Shown here piece by piece: positions 59,172-64,000 of a stretch of 64,000 nucleotides of DNA. The stretch spans positions 16 through 64,015 of the forward strand of contig JAHIKI010000063.1 in the NCBI GenBank assembly GCA_018897435.1, read 5' to 3'. The notes under the pieces are model-generated. The model had not been told where the DNA came from. It worked only from the letters and a program-made list of their open reading frames with translations, and did not search any database. A program made the translations under genes and the position numbers. Within the stretch, counting starts at the first letter, position 1. Each line of letters begins with the position of its first letter. The stretch comes from Acidobacteriota bacterium (GTDB taxonomy: Bacteria; Acidobacteriota; Aminicenantia; UBA2199).

Positions 59172-60284
59172 ATGATGACCAAGAAAATCTTAATAATTGG
59201 AACAATATTTTTGATTGTTTTGTCATTTGGTTTCATCAACTGCAATAATATTGATGTTGATGAAAGCGGAAACCCGTGCGATGGAGCCGATTCAATATAC
59301 AAGGCAAAATGCAACGAACTCAACTCATGGCTCGACCAGAGATTGGTTGAATGGAAACCTGCGGAATACAAACCGATGAATTTCTGTGTGTATCACGTAT
59401 ATGCAAGCGACAATATGTTTGTAAAATCAAATGCAGATTTTGACATTAAAATGCTGGATGCTATCGAGGGAGTGAACCCGGATACTGTCGTGCTGTACAT
59501 CCGGCCTGGAGGTTACTTCTCGCAAAAAGAAAGATATGATGCGCTTATAAACAGAATACGGGATGACGGCAAAAAGCTGTTTATAGGCGCCCGCTTCGAT
59601 GATGTAAATATGGACTTCAACGGATACGGCAACGCATTGGAGAATTATACGAAAAACATCATTGCACTGATAAAGCCGGATTATTATGGAATTGTCTTAG
59701 AGCCTATGACCATGGAGCAAAAATACAATTTTGATGCAACCGATGAGCAATGGGTGGCGTTGGTTGACCGGATAGCGAAATTATCAAAACAGCTAAGTCC
59801 TGCTACGAAAACAGTTGCTGATGGGCACAAAGAGGAGCTTAATTTTTTGCAAATGGCTTCTGCTCTTGCATCCGTGGATATTATCGCGTTTAACATATAC
59901 GAAACGCAAGGGATTTATTCTGAATACTCGGGGTATTTGGGAAACGGCGATGTTGTCGGAAACTCCATTGACTTTGCAAACTCAAAAGGAAAAGAAACAT
60001 GGATGCTGGAGACATGGACGTCAGCAAATATAGGGGCTTTTCAGACATCTATGAGCACAAAAGAATTCATGAAGCCGATTGACGCCAAATGGGTGAGGGT
60101 CCTGACATATTATGCACAAAGACATAACATGAATGCGATTGTTCCGTTTTATACTGGAAAATTTGTGTATTATGGAACAGATCCGAACGAACTTCTGTCA
60201 GCGATTAATGCTGGAAGCAGAACGCCTGTGTTTTATGCTTACAAATCAATCATAGAAGAAGTTAGAAAGAATATGGGGAAATAA
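59172..60284 (+). CDS. lipoprotein, possible clan GH-A-like glycoside hydrolase; cassette 3
   Basis: MMTKKILIIGTIFLIVLSFGFINC signal/lipobox. Candidate catalytic Glu contexts are GIVLEPM and ETWMLETW. Strong SD GGAGG upstream. Confidence 0.45.
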   Translation: MMTKKILIIGTIFLIVLSFGFINCNNIDVDESGNPCDGADSIYKAKCNELNSWLDQRLVEWKPAEYKPMNFCVYHVYASDNMFVKSNADFDIKMLDAIEGVNPDTVVLYIRPGGYFSQKERYDALINRIRDDGKKLFIGARFDDVNMDFNGYGNALENYTKNIIALIKPDYYGIVLEPMTMEQKYNFDATDEQWVALVDRIAKLSKQLSPATKTVADGHKEELNFLQMASALASVDIIAFNIYETQGIYSEYSGYLGNGDVVGNSIDFANSKGKETWMLETWTSANIGAFQTSMSTKEFMKPIDAKWVRVLTYYAQRHNMNAIVPFYTGKFVYYGTDPNELLSAINAGSRTPVFYAYKSIIEEVRKNMGK

Positions 60285-60447
60285 AATTTTGAGGAGGTAT
60301 ATTGTATGGTCAAAACAATGATTAGAAAGATGCTGGTGCCAAGACGCGTGAGCGTAGTTTCTACCTATCTTTAGGAATTTCGTTTGGTCTACATGGAAAA
60401 TTGTTTAAGTAAAATGCTATTGAAATCCAGTAAAGCAACGTCATACT

Positions 60448-60564
60448 TCGCATGACAGCGGATAAAAGGGGGAAATTTCATTTCCCCAAAAAATTGCCTT
60501 CCTGTCTGCGTGCGGACACGCACAGGCAGGCGGCAACTTCTTTATCCGCATACGTTATATGACA
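60448..60564 (+). other. attC-like site 3 (long, with nested hairpins)
   Basis: CATGAC (60451) plus AGCGGATAAAAG pairs with CTTTATCCGCATAC, followed by GTTATAT (60554-60560). The flanks are homologous to attC-like site 1 (CATACTTC...AGCGG / GTTATNTGACATTC). Confidence 0.55.
60501..60532. repeat. 32-bp imperfect palindromic element inside attC-like site 3
   Basis: CCTGTCTGCGTGCGGACACGCACAGGCAGGCG matches the copy inside res (39729-39760) at 31/32 positions. Confidence 0.9.
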
Positions 60565-60632
60565 TTCCGCCCCTTCACCACAGGGAAATATATAAAAAGT
60601 TGCTAAAATAAGTATGGAATACTGAGGAAAAA

Positions 60633-61148
60633 ATGACAACAATAGAAGAAATACTCCATTCAAAAAAGAAACCAAAAGAAATTATTACTCTTTTGGCTGA
60701 AAAGTTAAAGAGTGATAAAAAATCAGTAGCAGAACTTATCAAATGCTTTGATAGGGGATCTGATACTGAAAAAGGAAATTGTATGGAAGCAATAGAATAT
60801 GTCACCAAGGAAGATCCGGAATTTGCAAAAAACTGCCTTGACTTTGTTATTGAACATATCAATGACAAAGCTCCGAGAGTAAAATGGGAAACTGCAAGGA
60901 TAATCGGTAATGTTGCCCAAAGATTTCTAGATAAAGTTGAAGAAGCTGTCCCTAAGCTTTTAGTAAACACCAATGATAAAGGCACAGTTGTGAAATGGAG
61001 TGCGGCCTTTGCTTTAACTGAAATCGCAAGAAATAATCCTGAACTTAAGAAAGAACTTACTACTAAGTTTAATGAAATAATGAAAATAGAGTCTAACAAA
61101 GGTGTAAAGAACATTTACTTAAAATATCTGGAGGAAGTTGAACAATGA
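60633..61148 (+). CDS. HEAT/ARM-like repeat protein; cassette 4, gene 1
   Basis: 171 aa and all-helical. Repeat pattern ...DKAPRVKWETARIIGNVA... / ...DKGTVVKWSAAFALTEIA... Confidence 0.5.
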   Translation: MTTIEEILHSKKKPKEIITLLAEKLKSDKKSVAELIKCFDRGSDTEKGNCMEAIEYVTKEDPEFAKNCLDFVIEHINDKAPRVKWETARIIGNVAQRFLDKVEEAVPKLLVNTNDKGTVVKWSAAFALTEIARNNPELKKELTTKFNEIMKIESNKGVKNIYLKYLEEVEQ

Positions 61149-61630
61149 TAGATGATGTGAGAGGAATAATTGAAAAAGGCATTCATTCCTTAAGTGATGC
61201 TCTCCCTGAAATCAGGAAACTGGCTATGGATGAGGATTGGAAAAAGCGTGAAGATGCAGCTACTGCTTTGGTGGAAATTAGTAAAAAGAGAGAGGATGAG
61301 GTTATTCAGGAAATGATAATCTGGGCCGGGGACGTTGATCCTAATATCAGGAGGGTTGCCAGCGAGGGCTTGAGAGGTGTTGCACGAAGAAATCCAGAAA
61401 AGATTTTACCTGTAATTGATAAATTAAAGGCTGATGATAGCATCTATGTTAAGAAATCTATTGCTGCTCTTTTTAGGGCAATAAGCAAGAGAAATGCGGA
61501 ATTCGTCTTGGATTTATGCAGAAAATGGACAAAGTCAAAGAACAAAAATATACAATGGATTATTAAAGATGGTATGAAGAAACTATCTTTGGGACAACAG
61601 GAAGAATTAAAATCTTTATTAAGTGAATAA
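61145..61630 (+). CDS. HEAT-repeat protein, DNA-alkylation-repair (AlkC/AlkD, PF08713)-like; cassette 4, gene 2
   Basis: 161 aa. DEDWKKREDAATAL and DPNIRRVASEGLRGVARRNPE are reminiscent of PF08713 (from memory). ATGA overlap with gene 1. Confidence 0.45.
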   Translation: MIDDVRGIIEKGIHSLSDALPEIRKLAMDEDWKKREDAATALVEISKKREDEVIQEMIIWAGDVDPNIRRVASEGLRGVARRNPEKILPVIDKLKADDSIYVKKSIAALFRAISKRNAEFVLDLCRKWTKSKNKNIQWIIKDGMKKLSLGQQEELKSLLSE

Positions 61631-61631
61631 A

Positions 61632-62519
61632 ATGCTCAATGAAATCCAAGTAAAATCAATCTTGAACAAGCACAAAAAGAGAGACGATTGGTTTTTGGAC
61701 GATTACTCAGTAAACCCTTATTCGGGTTGCTCATTCAATTGTATTTATTGCTATGTCAGAGGAAGTAAATATGGGGAAAACAGGGCAAATACATTATCAG
61801 TAAAAATAAATGCCCCAGAACTATTAGAGAAACAACTTTTCGGAAGGGCAAAGAAAGGAGAATATGGAATTATTGCTTTGTCTTCCTCAACAGAACCTTA
61901 CATGCCAATTGAAGAAAAATTGAAACTAACAAGAAGATTACTTGAGATAATTTTAAAATATAGATTTCCTGTTGAGATATCAACAAAATCAAGTCTTGTT
62001 TTAAGAGATTTGGATTTATTGAAAGAGATTGATAAAAATGCAATTTTGCCAAGCGATCTGAAACCCAAACTAAAGCGAGGAGTAATTATTTCTTTTTCAA
62101 TCTCAACTTTTGATGAAAAGCTAGCAAAGATTCTTGAGCCAGGAGCGCCTACGGCGAAAGAAAGATTAGAAACAATGCAAAAATGTAAAGAGGAGGGGTT
62201 TTTTGCTGGAGTATGTCACATTCCAGTATTGCCTTTTTTATCAGACGCAGAAGAAGAACTTGATAGGACGATAAAAACCATAAAAAATTATGGAGCAGAC
62301 TTTATTTTTATCGGTGGATTAACTTTGTTTGGTAAAGGTCCTGCGGATTGTAAGACATTCTACTATAAATTCTTGGAGAAATATTATCCTGAACTTGTGC
62401 CAAAATACAAAAGTTTGTATAGAATATTTTTTGCACCGTCAAAAGAATATCAAAAAGAACTTGAAGAAAAATTAAAAAGGTTGTGTGAGAAATATGGAAT
62501 CAAAAACGGGATCATTTAA
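61632..62519 (+). CDS. radical SAM protein, SplB/DNA-repair-photolyase (COG1533)-like; cassette 4, gene 3
   Basis: NPYSGCSFNCIYCYVR carries the CxxxCxxC cluster in the context typical of the SPL family. ATG at 61632 lies 1 nt after the gene 2 stop (the ORF track starts at a GTG at 61623). Confidence 0.7.
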   Translation: MLNEIQVKSILNKHKKRDDWFLDDYSVNPYSGCSFNCIYCYVRGSKYGENRANTLSVKINAPELLEKQLFGRAKKGEYGIIALSSSTEPYMPIEEKLKLTRRLLEIILKYRFPVEISTKSSLVLRDLDLLKEIDKNAILPSDLKPKLKRGVIISFSISTFDEKLAKILEPGAPTAKERLETMQKCKEEGFFAGVCHIPVLPFLSDAEEELDRTIKTIKNYGADFIFIGGLTLFGKGPADCKTFYYKFLEKYYPELVPKYKSLYRIFFAPSKEYQKELEEKLKRLCEKYGIKNGII

Positions 62520-62549
62520 TAGCGGCTTCGGGGCGGAACGCTTCATTCG

Positions 62550-62638
62550 GGTCATATAACACGGGCTATACGGCTCGTTTCACTCGCCCAAATTCCGCCA
62601 AAGGCGGAACTTCGTATAGCCCGAAACCGTTGTGCGAA
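62550..62638 (+). other. attC-like site 4
   Basis: CATATAAC (62553) plus ACGGGCTATACG pairs with CGTATAGCCCGAAAC (62613), followed by GTTGTGC (62629-62635). The central TTCACTCGCCCAAAT is homologous to TTCGCTCACCCAAAT in site 2. Confidence 0.65.
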
Positions 62639-62667
62639 ATTGAGGGCAAGGATAAGGAGATGTAGTA

Positions 62668-63258
62668 ATGAAACACTTTTTATTATATCCATTAATTGGG
62701 GTGCTATTCTTATTTGGCGGATGTGGTAACAATCCGCCATGGCAAGGCGATTATTTCTTCTCTTTCGAACATGACATGGAAGGATGGGTAGCAAAGGGGA
62801 CGGATTTAGATAATCCACCCGTGGAATGGTCTATTCAACGAACTCAGGAGATAGTGAAGGATGGGAATACTGCCTTAAAATTTTATCTGTCAAATTTAAA
62901 TGATGCAGGTAAAATTTGGATTGAACGATCATTTGATGTAAAATCTGATAGCCTGTATCAAGTTAATGTGAGGTATTCTTTTGCAAGCGCTGATTTTGGT
63001 GATCTAAATCTTTGGACAATCATTACAGGTGTTATTCAGGAACCACCACAGTCAAGAGATGACCTTATTTATCAAGGGGATACTGGAAATGGTTCCAAAG
63101 CAGACACCGGTTATAAGTGGCTGGAAAAAAGTTACGATTTTACTGTGCAGTCGAGTTCGTCAGGCAAGCTCTATGTTATTATCGGCATTTGGGGAACATG
63201 GGAAACAACTCGTACATACTATGTAGATGTAGTCCAAGTATCTTTCATCGAAAAATAG
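62668..63258 (+). CDS. hypothetical lipoprotein; cassette 5
   Basis: MKHFLLYPLIGVLFLFGGC lipobox. AAGGAG SD upstream. No family recognised. Confidence 0.6.
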   Translation: MKHFLLYPLIGVLFLFGGCGNNPPWQGDYFFSFEHDMEGWVAKGTDLDNPPVEWSIQRTQEIVKDGNTALKFYLSNLNDAGKIWIERSFDVKSDSLYQVNVRYSFASADFGDLNLWTIITGVIQEPPQSRDDLIYQGDTGNGSKADTGYKWLEKSYDFTVQSSSSGKLYVIIGIWGTWETTRTYYVDVVQVSFIEK

Positions 63259-63261
63259 CAG

Positions 63262-64000
63262 GGATATAACCAAATGTTGTGTATGGAGTAAAAAAAAGAT
63301 ATGGCGTATGCTGAACCTTTCAAATTCAGTTTAGCAACAAAATCAAAAGGAGGCATACGCCACATGGAAGATTTTACCAGAGAGTTCATTGCAAGTCTAA
63401 TCGGAAAGCCGTTGAGAGAAATCGTGCAGGTAGGAGCCCAGAAAATAGTGGAGGAAGCGGTATTGGCCGAGTTTGAGATATTTATGCGCCAGTATTCGGC
63501 TTTATTGGACGGCAGAGGCAGGCAAGGGGTGGTACGCAACGGCAGCCATCGCGAGCGGGCGATCATAACCGCAGCCGGAGAGTTGAACGTAAAAGTTCCC
63601 CGCGTTCGTGACCGCCGGGAGGGGGACGTGGAAAAAGCGCAATTCCGCAGTTCGATTTTACCGCCATATCTGCGCCGGGCCAAGGAAATGGATGAGTTCA
63701 TTCCGTATCTTTATTTAAAGGGCATTTCGACCGGTGATTTTTCCGGGGTGTTGAGCCACTTGCTGGGAAAGGAAACGTTCATTTCGGCCAATACGGTCGT
63801 GCGCTTGAAGGAGATCTGGGAGGAAGAATACCTGGCCTGGAACCAAACGGATTTGGCAGAGAAGCAGTACCTGTACTGGTGGGTGGACGGGGTGCATTTT
63901 AATGTCCGTTTGGAAAATGATCGAAGCTGCATATTGGTTATTATCGGGGTGACCGAAGATGGCAAAAAGGAACTGCTGGCAGTGGCCGACGGTCTGCGGG
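63262..64000 (+). mobile_element. IS256-family insertion sequence (left end; continues beyond the window)
   Basis: GGATATAACCAAATGTTGTGTATGGAGTAAAAAAAAG resembles the IS256-type terminal repeat (GATAAAGTCCGTATAATTGTGTAAAA, from memory). A transposase ORF follows. Confidence 0.7.
63364..64000 (+). CDS. IS256-family (Mutator-like) transposase, 5' partial at the window edge
   Basis: Absent from the ORF track because it is open at the window end. I translated it as MEDFTREFIASLIGKPLREIV...ILPPYLRRAKEMDEFIPYLYLKGISTGDF...YLYWWVDGVHFNVRLENDRSCILVIIGVTEDGKKELLAV, typical of IS256 transposases up to the first catalytic D region. An in-frame upstream ATG lies at 63301. Confidence 0.85.
   Translation, partial: MEDFTREFIASLIGKPLREIVQVGAQKIVEEAVLAEFEIFMRQYSALLDGRGRQGVVRNGSHRERAIITAAGELNVKVPRVRDRREGDVEKAQFRSSILPPYLRRAKEMDEFIPYLYLKGISTGDFSGVLSHLLGKETFISANTVVRLKEIWEEEYLAWNQTDLAEKQYLYWWVDGVHFNVRLENDRSCILVIIGVTEDGKKELLAVADGLR

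Noticed and set aside
63263-63282. Possible fifth attC (GATATAAC ... GTTGTGT) right after cassette 5.
   Set aside because: It is too short to contain the L arms. The same bases are better explained as the terminal inverted repeat of the IS256-family element that starts here.

Overview
64-kb stretch of a moderately GC-rich bacterial chromosome. I saw no rRNA, tRNA or CRISPR array. The backbone is housekeeping genes: nadC-nadB; lepA / ROK kinase / methyltransferase / tatA; two glycosyltransferases; rho-engB-lon-clpX-clpP-tig; a ribF cluster; mazG; pepA-thiL-lon2-hsp20-nrdR; an SBP-SBP-histidine kinase operon; and a nitronate monooxygenase. Three visibly AT-richer accessory insertions interrupt it. 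(i) 12.15-14.3 kb: a two-gene AbiE-like module (nuclease/wHTH/AbiEi-like protein plus nucleotidyltransferase), bracketed by a duplicated 3' end of the DUF2752 gene. (ii) 33.9-41.6 kb: a Type III restriction-modification island (mod, KilA-N gene, res, very AT-rich 392-aa ORF) with decayed gene fragments upstream and small palindromic repeats inserted in frame into mod and res. (iii) 56.7-63.3 kb: an integron-type gene-cassette array, the most interesting locus. It has four attC-like sites, an attI-like site and an eroded tyrosine-recombinase gene, and it is truncated by an IS256-family element running off the window end. One cassette carries a three-gene HEAT/HEAT/radical-SAM module. A family of intergenic hairpins built from inverted arrays of heptamer repeats (GTGATTG-like) occurs at three loci. 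All family assignments come from motif recognition by eye. No database search, folding or GC computation was run.
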